Of a stretch of 64,000 nt of DNA, positions 1 through 10,321 are shown piece after piece. A program made the translations under genes and the position numbers. Source of the DNA: a virus; the IMG/VR virus record IMGVR_UViG_3300045988_141072, positions 91,532-155,531 of that record; one strand, 5' to 3'. The notes under the pieces were generated by a model. The model had not been told where the DNA came from, did not search any database, and saw only the letters and a list, made by a program, of their open reading frames with translations. The stretch's first letter is position 1; each line of letters begins with the position of its first letter.

Positions 1-291
1 GGATAAATAAATAAGGACGGATATTTGAATTTCCACCAAAATATCTATCCCATTCTCCAAGAGGTTCGTATTCCTTTGTTTTTTCGTTCCATTCCCAATT
101 AATATTACCATCACCATCGAAAAGTTCTGATTCTAATGATTTCTCATTGAGTGCATATAAAAGACATGGATTAAGCATAAGTGCTTTCTCAATCTTTTTC
201 TTATACTGAATATTTTCATCATCAGGAGTAGTCTTATATGCACGAAGTTTGTTTAACAAATCATTCTTTGTAACTAATTTTTCTGCCATAA
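1..291 (-). CDS. hypothetical structural-module protein, N-terminal part only (ORF runs off left edge)
   Basis: ATG at 291-289 preceded by AGGAGGTG RBS; frame open to position 1; co-oriented directly after the 300..1565 gene. Confidence 0.5.
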
Positions 292-299
292 AACACCTC

Positions 300-1565
300 C
301 TATTCGATTAATTCTAGTGACAAAATTTCAGATTCAATCGGCAAATTATCTTTAACAATTTCACACTTAACAGATAATATTTTGCCAATAACAGAAGTAT
401 CACTAGGAAACTTTACTTTCTTTTGGTTGTACTCTGTGCCAGCTCGCCATGTTACTTTATCAGTCCAATCTTCATCGTCAATAGAGCAAGTCCATGTAAA
501 AGTTGCATCAGCATATCCGGTTGTAATATCTTCATTGGAATCATTAAATAGATTTACTGTGAGAGTTTTATAGCTGCCACCAACTTTAATAGTTGAAGTG
601 GATGCTGAAATTCTTGCTGCAATAGAAGATGGGGGAGTGGTTGAAGTAGACGGATCTGTTGGGGCAGTACCACCAAAATAGTTAGCCCAAAGACCTGTGA
701 TAATACCGTTTTTATCTTTCTCAATGTAATCAGTATTGCTATTGAATGGTTTCTGATATAGAGTAAGTTTTGTCCTTCCTCGGACATTTACTCGTTCCAC
801 CTTACTCACCACCCATGTATTAGGTGTCCAATTCTCAATCGAATAGTTTGGAATGTCTACAATGAGCCGTTGATTATTATTGTTGTCTTCAGAAACGTAA
901 TAGATTGTATCAGATATTTCATTTGTTGGAATGAACAAAAGTTCCTGATTCTGTTGACTTGATGTAACTCGATCAGTCCAAATTCCGCTATTGTATGATG
1001 ACTGTGATTTTAAAACGCACCACATACTTCTCTTATATCTTTTATCTGCTTTGGTCTGAATCCACTGCAAGAGATAATCGCAAGGTAAAATGAAATACTT
1101 CTGGAAATCCTGTTCTACGTCTTTCATACAAATTAAATGTTTATGATAAAGTCCGTCTTTATCTGGTATATCAAGATACATACCCACAAAAATATCGACT
1201 AATTGATACTTCTTTCTATATTCTTCCATGTAGAATAATTCATCGTCTTCCGTGAAATATTCTTTCTGTTTTGGTCTGAATTGACATTGTAGAGTAGGAG
1301 AGTCCTTATCAATAGAACCATACTTACTTACAAGTATCTTCGCATCAATCGGTGTCTTTGTGGTATTCTCATATGTCATACCAACATTTATATCTGGCGA
1401 ATCGTCATGTTTCCAATCATAGATATAGCATTTTTTACTCTGCTTATCATTGTCCCAAGTCCAATTCATCATGTCGTCAGACTGTTCCTTATAAATCTGA
1501 CCAATCGTTTTAGCACCGTTGTTCTTGGCGTTTGCGACACGCCTAGCTGTTTGTAGACTCGGCAT
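300..1565 (-). CDS. virion-associated protein with C-terminal Ig-like (BIG2-like) domain
   Basis: Start moved to the ATG with GAGGAGG RBS (track start 1583 overlaps the upstream gene). C-terminal about 90 aa (ISASTSTIKVGGSYKTLTV..FTWTC..KILSVKCEIV) looks like a bacterial Ig-like fold. Sits in the head/neck gene block. Confidence 0.5.
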   Translation of the reverse strand: MPSLQTARRVANAKNNGAKTIGQIYKEQSDDMMNWTWDNDKQSKKCYIYDWKHDDSPDINVGMTYENTTKTPIDAKILVSKYGSIDKDSPTLQCQFRPKQKEYFTEDDELFYMEEYRKKYQLVDIFVGMYLDIPDKDGLYHKHLICMKDVEQDFQKYFILPCDYLLQWIQTKADKRYKRSMWCVLKSQSSYNSGIWTDRVTSSQQNQELLFIPTNEISDTIYYVSEDNNNNQRLIVDIPNYSIENWTPNTWVVSKVERVNVRGRTKLTLYQKPFNSNTDYIEKDKNGIITGLWANYFGGTAPTDPSTSTTPPSSIAARISASTSTIKVGGSYKTLTVNLFNDSNEDITTGYADATFTWTCSIDDEDWTDKVTWRAGTEYNQKKVKFPSDTSVIGKILSVKCEIVKDNLPIESEILSLELIE

Positions 1566-1908
1566 CGCAACCCACCTCCTCAAACATCTGCTTAATATAT
1601 CCGTGAGAATCTAAGATTGCCCTACGGAATTTTTTGTAACTAAAATGGTCGCTCTTGAAATTATCCATAGCACCTTGTAAAGTTGCCATAAGAGTTACCA
1701 TAAGTCCGTTATCATTAAATAAGGTTTTTGTGCCACCTAATTTAAACATAACGTTTTCAAAGAAGACGAGAAATGCTTCATCATCTTCAAATATTTTCTC
1801 TTCAATTGTTTTGTCTTTATAGAGCAGTAGTTTGTGAATGTCACCATGCATTGCACGAACTGCTTCATTGATTTGCTTGTCTGTGAAGTCACCATATATG
1901 TATTGCAT
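1543..1908 (-). CDS. hypothetical head-completion/neck protein
   Basis: ATG at 1908 with GGAG RBS (the track N-terminal extension overlaps the upstream gene); position after capsid genes. Confidence 0.5.
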   Translation of the reverse strand: MQYIYGDFTDKQINEAVRAMHGDIHKLLLYKDKTIEEKIFEDDEAFLVFFENVMFKLGGTKTLFNDNGLMVTLMATLQGAMDNFKSDHFSYKKFRRAILDSHGYIKQMFEEVGCDAESTNS

Positions 1909-1909
1909 A

Positions 1910-2365
1910 TTAGGACTCCGTTGACGAATATGGTTTAAAAGCAAAACCATAATCACGAATAAGTTTCTGCTGTTCAATTTTCATTTCTTTCAGCAATGCC
2001 TTATTCAATGAATAATCGTCTTTCAATTTTTTCTCTTCTTTCCCACCAAAAAATCTTACAGTATTTTCCAACGATGTAACTTTTGGTTCAAGCCATTTTA
2101 TAGCCATACCTTTGCTAAACAGTTCAATAACAAATTCTTCATCAGAATACTCGTCAACAGAAGTTGTTAATTCAAATTCAAGTTGCTGAGTTTCGTCATC
2201 AAGTTTTAATGTGGAAAATAATCTACGAATAAATGGACTAGAGATAGCGGAGTGTAATCGCCCTGCTAATATTTCATACAAATCAGACTCTTCTAAAGAC
2301 AATTCTTTGACATCATCAATTAATCCAAAATATCTGTCAAATACTTTTTCATAGGAGATATTCAT
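1910..2365 (-). CDS. hypothetical head-tail connector-sized protein
   Basis: 151-aa ORF with GGAGGTG RBS, downstream of the major capsid gene; function from position only. Confidence 0.5.
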   Translation of the reverse strand: MNISYEKVFDRYFGLIDDVKELSLEESDLYEILAGRLHSAISSPFIRRLFSTLKLDDETQQLEFELTTSVDEYSDEEFVIELFSKGMAIKWLEPKVTSLENTVRFFGGKEEKKLKDDYSLNKALLKEMKIEQQKLIRDYGFAFKPYSSTES

Positions 2366-2382
2366 ATAACACCTCCAATATA

Positions 2383-2952
2383 TTACTCAGCAAGTAACTT
2401 CAAATCAGTACCGCATTCCTCATCAATAATCTTGATTTTATTCATACTGTCAAAAGTTCCTTCTGAAATCATTTCAGAAACCATTGTTGCGATTGTACTC
2501 TTGAAACCAGATGGAAGTTTTCTAAACTCTTCACTAAAATGCATAGTTGGAAGATTGATGAGAGTTATTAAATCCTCTCTATCATATAAACCATCATATA
2601 CTTTCTTTACTTCCTGCCAATGTACGTTTTCAAGCAACTCTTCATCCTCAATAATGATATAAGGTGCAAATAAAGACTTCTTACGGACAAGTAAAGCTGA
2701 GAGTAAGTCCTGATACTCAATATATCTGAAATCACCCATGTTACTAAACTCATATGTAATTTTTGTCTTATCACCAGTAAATAGAAGAGTACCTGCGTAC
2801 ATAGAACGACATGGAATTAAATCATCTGGTTCATACTTCTTAGGTTTCTTAACCTCTGCAACTGTTTCCTTTACTGTATCTTTTTCAACCTTTGTATCTT
2901 CTGTCTTTGTTTTTGCGGCAGAAGTAGTTGTAGCTTTCTTCTGATAAGCCAT
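2383..2952 (-). CDS. hypothetical protein with K/T/E-rich N-terminus
   Basis: 189-aa ORF with GAAAGGAG RBS, in the capsid block. Confidence 0.5.
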   Translation of the reverse strand: MAYQKKATTTSAAKTKTEDTKVEKDTVKETVAEVKKPKKYEPDDLIPCRSMYAGTLLFTGDKTKITYEFSNMGDFRYIEYQDLLSALLVRKKSLFAPYIIIEDEELLENVHWQEVKKVYDGLYDREDLITLINLPTMHFSEEFRKLPSGFKSTIATMVSEMISEGTFDSMNKIKIIDEECGTDLKLLAE

Positions 2953-3027
2953 TTATATTTTCTCCTTTCACTCAATTCAAAAAGGACTGCATATCATTTA
3001 GATATACAGTCCAAATATTTCTATGGA

Positions 3028-4128
3028 TTACGCACCGATTGTCCAAGTACCAAATCTTGTGTTAGTCATAGTCTTGATACCAAAACGAGACTTGAACTCG
3101 TACTCTTTTGTATCATCGGCATTATCACCAGACTCAGATACTTCCTTAGTCTCATCCATTCCCTCATAGTACATCTTAACAAACTTGTCGATGTTAGATG
3201 GGAGAATAAGAAGCTTTGTATCGTCTTCAAGGTAATGCTCTACGTCATTCTCCTTAAATGCCTGTGGAAGCTCGATAATCTGAGTACCCTCAAATGTACC
3301 AATTCTACCAGTGTTATAAACATCGTTCTTTGCAGCTTCAGAAACCCACTGAATATCTCCAAGATTCTTTAATCCTGCGAGAGCAACCTTTGTACCAACT
3401 ATAGTAGCAACACCACCTGTAGCAAGCTGAACATCAGAAATAAGCTTTACAAACTTATCATGGTTAGCTGCATTTAACTCACCACGGATATTCCACTTAG
3501 CAGGAACAGGAAGAGAAGTACCAGCACTCATAACAGCTTCATGAAGAAGAGTATTGATTAATCTTGTGAAAGCTTCCGCAATCTTATTGATTAACTCACT
3601 CCAATCCTCAACGCCCTGAAGGAATCTTGACATTTCCATGTAAACCTTTGCACCATAAGACTTAACGCTTACACCAAAATCCTTACCAGCACCAAGTCTC
3701 TGTCTCTCAATACTGTGATGACCATCAGCAATCTCAGCAACAGTGATAATGCAAGGATCTTTTGTATAAAACTTGTTTGTCTGTCCAAGAGCGAGAGTCT
3801 TAACTTCTACATACTTCTGGAATACAGGTGAACTTGTCCAACCAGATACAAGAGTATCCTCAACGGTCTCTTCAATAACCTCGAATACGGCTTCTCTTAC
3901 AGACTGTTTCTTAAATGCCTTTCTTACCTCATTAGGAGTAGGAGACTCAGAAAGACCTGCCATCTCGATAATTGTCTTACGAATCTTATCATTTGCTTCT
4001 TCGATAGAATACTGTTTTACAGTACCTTTTGCTGTGTCAACGCACAGACGAGAGAAGTTCTTATATTTTGTTTCATCAAACTTTTCAACGATTACATCGC
4101 TCATTTCATTAAATCTTAATCTCTGCAT
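3028..4128 (-). CDS. major capsid protein (HK97-fold type, putative)
   Basis: 366 aa with strong GAAAGGAGG RBS; follows portal, protease/scaffold and a small capsid-associated gene; size and position are typical. Confidence 0.65.
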   Translation of the reverse strand: MQRLRFNEMSDVIVEKFDETKYKNFSRLCVDTAKGTVKQYSIEEANDKIRKTIIEMAGLSESPTPNEVRKAFKKQSVREAVFEVIEETVEDTLVSGWTSSPVFQKYVEVKTLALGQTNKFYTKDPCIITVAEIADGHHSIERQRLGAGKDFGVSVKSYGAKVYMEMSRFLQGVEDWSELINKIAEAFTRLINTLLHEAVMSAGTSLPVPAKWNIRGELNAANHDKFVKLISDVQLATGGVATIVGTKVALAGLKNLGDIQWVSEAAKNDVYNTGRIGTFEGTQIIELPQAFKENDVEHYLEDDTKLLILPSNIDKFVKMYYEGMDETKEVSESGDNADDTKEYEFKSRFGIKTMTNTRFGTWTIGA

Positions 4129-4155
4129 AGTATATTAATCCTCCTTTCTACCGAA

Positions 4156-4677
4156 TTAAGCATATACCTGGGCATTCTTATCTACCCAAATACGATAATT
4201 TCCATTTGCAGCAATCTCGTAGATATGTCCTACAAAACCATATTCAGTCATACTTGGCTTCTCACCAGTAGTAAGCTTAAAGTCTGTACCATCTACGAAT
4301 ACATATTTTCCAACCTCTAATACAGCATCTGATGCAAAAGCTTCAGTAGAGAGTGTGAATCTATCAGTATCCTGAATCTCGTAAGCTCTCATAACTTCAC
4401 CCTTACCGTTATAGAAGTTAGATTCCTCCTGCATCTTTGTTGTATATTCCTCATAAATCTTTGGAGCAGTTAAAATGAGAACAATTTTGTCTCCCTTTGC
4501 AGGAACTTTTGCCTCAAATACATCTGCTTTCTTTCTGTCACCAATTACAGCAACAGAACCATTGTCAATATCCTTAGACTCATTTACTAAGTTGTAGTGA
4601 TGACCAACTTTTGTAGCCTTTAAAAGTGTTGATTCAGCTACACCGTGCTTAGTATATGAAATGAAATTACTAGCCAT
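4156..4677 (-). CDS. capsid-associated protein (decoration/auxiliary, putative)
   Basis: 173 aa with AAGGAGG RBS, immediately upstream of the major capsid gene. Confidence 0.45.
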   Translation of the reverse strand: MASNFISYTKHGVAESTLLKATKVGHHYNLVNESKDIDNGSVAVIGDRKKADVFEAKVPAKGDKIVLILTAPKIYEEYTTKMQEESNFYNGKGEVMRAYEIQDTDRFTLSTEAFASDAVLEVGKYVFVDGTDFKLTTGEKPSMTEYGFVGHIYEIAANGNYRIWVDKNAQVYA

Positions 4678-4775
4678 AGTTTTATTTCCTCCTTAAAATT
4701 TTTAATTTTGTGCAATAAAAACACCTATGGATTTTCCATAAGTGCCAATTCATAAAAGTTATTTAGTTTTTTGCT

Positions 4776-6467
4776 TTAATCAAACAGATCACCATATGGT
4801 TTATATGTATCTTCTGTTTCTTTTTCCGCATTAAAAGCAACTCTGCTTACATGTTTCTTCTGTGGTGTTTCACTTGCAAAAGAGAATGTCTTATTCTTTT
4901 TAACAAGTTTTCCAAGAGTAGCATCAGCCTTCTCAGATAACTCTTCCTTAGAATATTTATTTACAGAATCTTCAGACATAAGTGTTTTAAACTCATCTGT
5001 ATCAAGATACTCTGAATATGCTTCGTCATCAAATACAGTCATCTTGTCTGCAAATACTTCAGCAGATTTATATGTATTTAATTCCTCTACAACAGAAGAG
5101 TAGTTGGAACGCATCTCATTAAGAGAAGCATCTTCTTCGTCAGTTACCCATACAGAGTGAACAGCAACTCTATCGCCTACTAATGAGAAATTATCTCCAT
5201 CTCTATTGAATGACTGTCTGTAATACTTTCCATTCCAATAATCAGACATAATAAGAGTATTATCTTCATAAACAGTTACGCCATAATAAGCATTATCTGC
5301 TTCCCCATACATCTGATTAACAAGATTGTAAAGAGACATAGTAATCTCATCTAATGATAAAGAAAACTCTTTTACAGAACCGTCAGACATTGTTACAGAA
5401 TATTTTTCTGGATTTACAGATTCATTCTCTGTTACACCTGTATCTGGAGTTTCATCCTGTGTATTTTCAACTGGATCTTCTTCGGCATTTTCAGTTGTTT
5501 CTTCGGAGGTTTCATCGACTGTTTCTTCAGATTCATTCTCTGTTACAGTTACTTCCTCCTCAGTGGTTTCTTCTATTTCAGTCACCTCTACAGTTTCAGT
5601 AACTTCCTCTTCAAATTTTTCCTTTTCCACTTCGATTGTTTCCTCCTTTCCACTAATATCATTTTTATTATTGAAACAAGCAGACTCAAGTTTTTCGAGT
5701 CGTTCTTGTAAATCAATTAAAGTAGAATCATAGTCTGAAAATAGACTATTATTTTTTGCATTAAAATCAGCAATGTCTAACCTTGCATTAAGCATTCCTT
5801 CACCAATATCTTTTTTGGTGTCTGGATCTTTGCCAAGTAAAGTCGCACCCATAATAACAACATCAGTTAATTCAAGAATCTTATTTTTCCCAGAATATTC
5901 CATCTCATTAACAGCAAGTTCTACGCTAATCTTTGTTCCATTTTTTCTTTCTATAATTGAAGCTGCATCAGTATAATCAACTGGAATAGCACAATATCCG
6001 TATAAAAAGTTATGTCCAGTTTCTTCTTCAACTTCAAAGAATGGTTTATCAGATGTAAAACAACCAACCTGTTTTTCGATGTAATTTACCGAGCCATCAT
6101 CGTTTAATTCCATATCATGCGAAGTGAAATCTTTTAATGTCTCACCAGTTTCTTCATCTTCATATTCCATAAAATTTGCCAATACAGGCTTGTATGCCAA
6201 TGTTTTTGAAGCTTTCTTTAATGCTTCATCTGTTACGCTAGAATGATTTCTATTCTCGCCAGAATGCATTAACTTGACTTTGCAAAACAGAAGTGATTCA
6301 TCCTTATAATCAGCGTTTCTATCTACTTCAAATTCGGCAGGTACTTGTACGAAAATTTGATGTCCTGATTTTTCTGCACTAAAATGTGTTGAACGCTTAT
6401 ATTTATTTGAATAAAAATCATATAAATCTTCCATAAATAAAAGACGTTTTGTATTCTTCTTAGCCAT
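4776..6467 (-). CDS. prohead protease / scaffold fusion (putative)
   Basis: 563 aa directly after the portal. Globular N-terminal domain, then a very acidic E/T/V low-complexity linker (complement of about 5350-5650), then a C-terminal domain. This layout is typical of protease-scaffold proteins. Confidence 0.5.
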   Translation of the reverse strand: MAKKNTKRLLFMEDLYDFYSNKYKRSTHFSAEKSGHQIFVQVPAEFEVDRNADYKDESLLFCKVKLMHSGENRNHSSVTDEALKKASKTLAYKPVLANFMEYEDEETGETLKDFTSHDMELNDDGSVNYIEKQVGCFTSDKPFFEVEEETGHNFLYGYCAIPVDYTDAASIIERKNGTKISVELAVNEMEYSGKNKILELTDVVIMGATLLGKDPDTKKDIGEGMLNARLDIADFNAKNNSLFSDYDSTLIDLQERLEKLESACFNNKNDISGKEETIEVEKEKFEEEVTETVEVTEIEETTEEEVTVTENESEETVDETSEETTENAEEDPVENTQDETPDTGVTENESVNPEKYSVTMSDGSVKEFSLSLDEITMSLYNLVNQMYGEADNAYYGVTVYEDNTLIMSDYWNGKYYRQSFNRDGDNFSLVGDRVAVHSVWVTDEEDASLNEMRSNYSSVVEELNTYKSAEVFADKMTVFDDEAYSEYLDTDEFKTLMSEDSVNKYSKEELSEKADATLGKLVKKNKTFSFASETPQKKHVSRVAFNAEKETEDTYKPYGDLFD

Positions 6468-6511
6468 TTATCCTCCTTTCCGACAAAATAAAAAGCCGTC
6501 TAGGAAGACGA

Positions 6512-6694
6512 CTAAAATGTAAGTATGTTTGTACTTTTTACTTTATTTATATCAACACTATCTGAAAAACTAATTGAAGAATTATTCAGAAATGTGTAGA
6601 TGTTTTTATTACCAGTTTTCATTTTCTGAAAACCACATTTCACAAGAGCAGAAGCAGTAGTAGCATCTGCTGTGATTAAAAATTTTCCTTCCAT
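6512..6694 (-). CDS. small hypothetical protein
   Basis: 60 aa with AAGGAG RBS, between the portal and protease/scaffold genes. Confidence 0.35.
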   Translation of the reverse strand: MEGKFLITADATTASALVKCGFQKMKTGNKNIYTFLNNSSISFSDSVDINKVKSTNILTF

Positions 6695-6705
6695 TCAACT
6701 ACTCC

Positions 6706-8298
6706 TTATTTTCCTGCCTTAGTTGTTTCATTCTTTCCTGCGTCACGAGTTTCCTCTGTTGAGTCTGCAATTTGATCATCTTTCTTAGTCTGACCGCCAC
6801 CTTCATTATCACTCGTACCACTTTGCGTATATGAAGATGAGAGAGGAGTAAAGTAATTCATTAATCCTAATGACCTCATCATAAAAGCATTATTAACAAC
6901 TCTTGAAGGTGAAGAACCATCCAACGTTGCATAATCCATTGTATCTATACCCAACGTAGCTTTATCTTTTCTTTGAGACATCTTTTCATCAAGGTCAAAT
7001 ACAGATACATAATGGAAATAAAATTCAAAATCCTCTGTGATATTTAATTTGACATATCTCTGAATGTTTGCTTCAATTCTTTTTAATAATTCCATAGGGA
7101 GCGTCATATCAACTGTAATAGAATGTTTAAGACCAACAGAACCAGATTTTTGACCATTGAATATCATTTCCGATATACCAAGAGAAGAGAATAAGTTCTT
7201 TATTGCCTGTGAATATACATTGGTATCATCAACCTGATTTTTATTACCAAACTCAATCTTTTCGACTTCACATGGAGTCCATGCCGAACCAACAAGACTT
7301 GGTAATACTTCATCAATCGCAGCTTGAGTAGCCTGTACAATCTCAAGGTCTACGGCAAAGTCATTTACTTCGCCTGAGTTTTCATTCATAGGGATTTTTG
7401 ATAAGAGAAGAACATAATTTTCAAGTTCTGTTTTAGAACGAATAAGAGCTTCGTAGTCAAGCAAGTCTAAGAGTGATACGAATACGGGTAAGAAGTATGG
7501 CAGTGGTACAACTGGATCATCACCACATATAATACAGATAGTTTTCTCTGGTGGTAATTCAAACCATTTATAGTCATTACCTTTTGATTTATATGTTTCG
7601 TAGCCTTCTACAAAAACATCATCCCATAAGCCTTCTTCTGAATCAGTTTCACTATCAGTACCATATAAGAAATCCTTGTTGTTACCAGAATCAAAATAAG
7701 AGGCATCGAATTTTACAATCCATGTATCTTTTTCTGCACGAGAACCGATTTTGTAATATTTTGGATCAAGTGGATGTATAAAGAACGAATCTCCATCATC
7801 GTAACAAAATCCACAATAGATACCATCTCTTAAACAAGTGGCAATCATTTGTGAACCCATTTCTTTCAGATCCATTTTATCTAACCTGGTACAAAGTTCT
7901 TGATATCCTTTAATGTATTCGGATGCATCCTGTGGGGGATTTGCCCAATCGGGAGTATTGTAAGATACGTTATAACTAAAGATAGGAGTGTAAGCATAAT
8001 ATTCTATAATCTTTTTATAGTTATGACTGATACGATATAAGAAAGCAGATATATCACGAAGATTGTCAATATTGGCAAGAGGACTTTTTATGTATGATTG
8101 AAGTTTCTCTTTTGTGTATTGAGTATATGTCTTCGATGTACCTTTTGATATATTTTGTTGTAAGATACGTTGTAATTCCTGAAAGTTAATCATCTGTGCA
8201 TACTTCTGAGTAGAAGTAGTCAGCTCATTTTTACGAGTTGGCGATAGTTCTGTCTGCACTGATTTCTTTGCAGAATTATTTGTTTTCTGTGTTGCCAT
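6706..8298 (-). CDS. portal protein (putative)
   Basis: 530 aa, immediately downstream of TerL and upstream of protease/scaffold; acidic tail. Confidence 0.6.
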   Translation of the reverse strand: MATQKTNNSAKKSVQTELSPTRKNELTTSTQKYAQMINFQELQRILQQNISKGTSKTYTQYTKEKLQSYIKSPLANIDNLRDISAFLYRISHNYKKIIEYYAYTPIFSYNVSYNTPDWANPPQDASEYIKGYQELCTRLDKMDLKEMGSQMIATCLRDGIYCGFCYDDGDSFFIHPLDPKYYKIGSRAEKDTWIVKFDASYFDSGNNKDFLYGTDSETDSEEGLWDDVFVEGYETYKSKGNDYKWFELPPEKTICIICGDDPVVPLPYFLPVFVSLLDLLDYEALIRSKTELENYVLLLSKIPMNENSGEVNDFAVDLEIVQATQAAIDEVLPSLVGSAWTPCEVEKIEFGNKNQVDDTNVYSQAIKNLFSSLGISEMIFNGQKSGSVGLKHSITVDMTLPMELLKRIEANIQRYVKLNITEDFEFYFHYVSVFDLDEKMSQRKDKATLGIDTMDYATLDGSSPSRVVNNAFMMRSLGLMNYFTPLSSSYTQSGTSDNEGGGQTKKDDQIADSTEETRDAGKNETTKAGK

Positions 8299-8323
8299 TT
8301 ATATTTCTGATTTCCTCCTTTCC

Positions 8324-10321
8324 TTAGTTATAGAATCCCCATTTTTTAGGGCGTTTTGAGACACCGACCATTTTGGTGATGTCGAAGTTGTTTGTACGTT
8401 TCTTGTTTATAATATTTTCACGTCTCATATTAGACAATTGAAATCCTAGAAGGGCAGCGACATATGCCTTATCATCGTTTAGCTTTCCTACTTTATCAGG
8501 AGCTAAATCAAATCTGTCTCGTCCGTTACTTTGTTTAAATCTATAGATATTTACAAGCTCTGTTTTCATGCTGTCTATTTGCTTTAAAGCAACTTCTTCG
8601 TCTACTTCGAGATGACGAACTTTCGTTTCTATAGTTACACCTTTTTTTCGGAGTTCCTTTTCCTCTTTTTCAGATGGATATGTATATCTCTGTTTCAGTT
8701 CACCATTTGGATATTTTTCATAAAGCAGGGTTAAATATCCTTTATTCATATATTCTTCTGTAAACTCAATCAAATTCTGTTGCATCATTTTAATTAACGC
8801 CTCAAATAAATCTGGTTTATATTTAGCAGGAGAAATAAGATGTAGAATACCGTCTATTGCATTTGGAAACTTTGACTTCATTTTTTCATCTGGTCTAAAC
8901 TCTGAATCAATAAGACCACGATGCATAACACCATTATCATCTTCCCAATCTTCACAAAGGAAATCCGTGATTGGCACACCTGCACCTCCAGATCCGCTAT
9001 CCACTAGAATAGCAAGTATGTTTTCATAATCTGCATTTCCATCTCCATTATAATCAAGAATAATTTGTTTTAATGCCTTTACTTGGTTTGGTGTACTCAT
9101 TGGTGTTTTCTTTTTCGTAAGCATATCTACAAGAGAGATAACATTTACAATACGAGCTTTCCAACCAAAATTCTCATCCATATATACTTCGGCAACGAGA
9201 ATTACGGCTCTATCTGCAAGTCGTGCAGGATCATACATTAAAACATATTTAGAAGCCCTATCTTTATTTTTCAAATCAGGAACACGAGGTACTGAATTAC
9301 GAATAATGTCGGCACGTCTAATAATCTGACCATCACCACCCTCTGAAGTGAAGATGTTCCCGTATTCTCTTAGACCAGCTTCTTTATCTTCACGCATACG
9401 AGCGTCAACAACTTCTTGAGTAAGAAGAGGCTTTGGCATTAAAACGCCACCTTTTGTTGCTTTAATAACCGTATCAGCGTTTATATCAGCACAAAAATAA
9501 CGCTTGTCACCAGCGTCCATATGCAAACTGCATTCTCTATATTTTCGAAATAAATATTGGTCAGTACGACCAGCAGAGGAAGCGTAGATAAGCTGATTAG
9601 GAAACATTGGTGGCTCAATTAAAGCGTCTGTTGCATCATAATCAACACCATCACCAAATTCGGAGTTCTGAGTACAGAATGGTTCAGAGGTTTCAAATAA
9701 TTCATCTGGCGAATTCATACATTCATCATAAAAATTGCAATTTGAACGTTTTGATCTGTTGTTGTCATAGCTACCATTTAATGTATAAACTGCGCTATTG
9801 TTATAAAGATGGAACTGATAGCTTGATGGATTATGTGTGAATCCGTTGCTGTTCGCTTGGCTTTTTACAACTTCACCTTGAAAAACATCTGTTAATGTTT
9901 TGAAAGATGGGATAGCGTTAAAAGTTAATTTCTCTATCTTGGAAAATAATTCTATACTTTGGGATCCGACACCGCAGAGTATATATGCAGAAAAATTGGG
10001 CACGAGTAAAGTACGTGTCATTAAATAGATTGCACCTAAAATAGATTTTCCTGAGTTACGTCCCATACACCATACAACAAATTGTGCATTCCACGTATTC
10101 ATAAAAACATAACGTTGATAGTCCATCATAGAAATTCCGAATATTTGTTCCGCAAATAAAACTGGATTGCGCCTGCCCCATTGTATAAATTCAGAAATTT
10201 GCTTTTGTTCTTCTAATTGTTTTTGAGTTAGTCCATAATTTAATTTAGAATCAAAAAACTTATAATCATCTGGAACTAAAATTCCACTATCAGTCGTTTT
10301 CAATAATTCTATAATTCTCAT
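8324..10321 (-). CDS. terL: terminase large subunit
   Basis: Walker A-like GRNSGKS and Walker B-like NFYDEC, about 665 aa, precedes the portal. Start set to ATG 10321. Confidence 0.8.
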   Translation of the reverse strand: MRIIELLKTTDSGILVPDDYKFFDSKLNYGLTQKQLEEQKQISEFIQWGRRNPVLFAEQIFGISMMDYQRYVFMNTWNAQFVVWCMGRNSGKSILGAIYLMTRTLLVPNFSAYILCGVGSQSIELFSKIEKLTFNAIPSFKTLTDVFQGEVVKSQANSNGFTHNPSSYQFHLYNNSAVYTLNGSYDNNRSKRSNCNFYDECMNSPDELFETSEPFCTQNSEFGDGVDYDATDALIEPPMFPNQLIYASSAGRTDQYLFRKYRECSLHMDAGDKRYFCADINADTVIKATKGGVLMPKPLLTQEVVDARMREDKEAGLREYGNIFTSEGGDGQIIRRADIIRNSVPRVPDLKNKDRASKYVLMYDPARLADRAVILVAEVYMDENFGWKARIVNVISLVDMLTKKKTPMSTPNQVKALKQIILDYNGDGNADYENILAILVDSGSGGAGVPITDFLCEDWEDDNGVMHRGLIDSEFRPDEKMKSKFPNAIDGILHLISPAKYKPDLFEALIKMMQQNLIEFTEEYMNKGYLTLLYEKYPNGELKQRYTYPSEKEEKELRKKGVTIETKVRHLEVDEEVALKQIDSMKTELVNIYRFKQSNGRDRFDLAPDKVGKLNDDKAYVAALLGFQLSNMRRENIINKKRTNNFDITKMVGVSKRPKKWGFYN

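Noticed and set aside
5350-5650. Repetitive GAA/GTT/ACA-rich DNA that looks like a tandem repeat or mini-array
   Set aside because: It is in frame within the 563-aa protease/scaffold ORF and encodes an E/T/V-rich acidic linker. There is no regular repeat-spacer periodicity.
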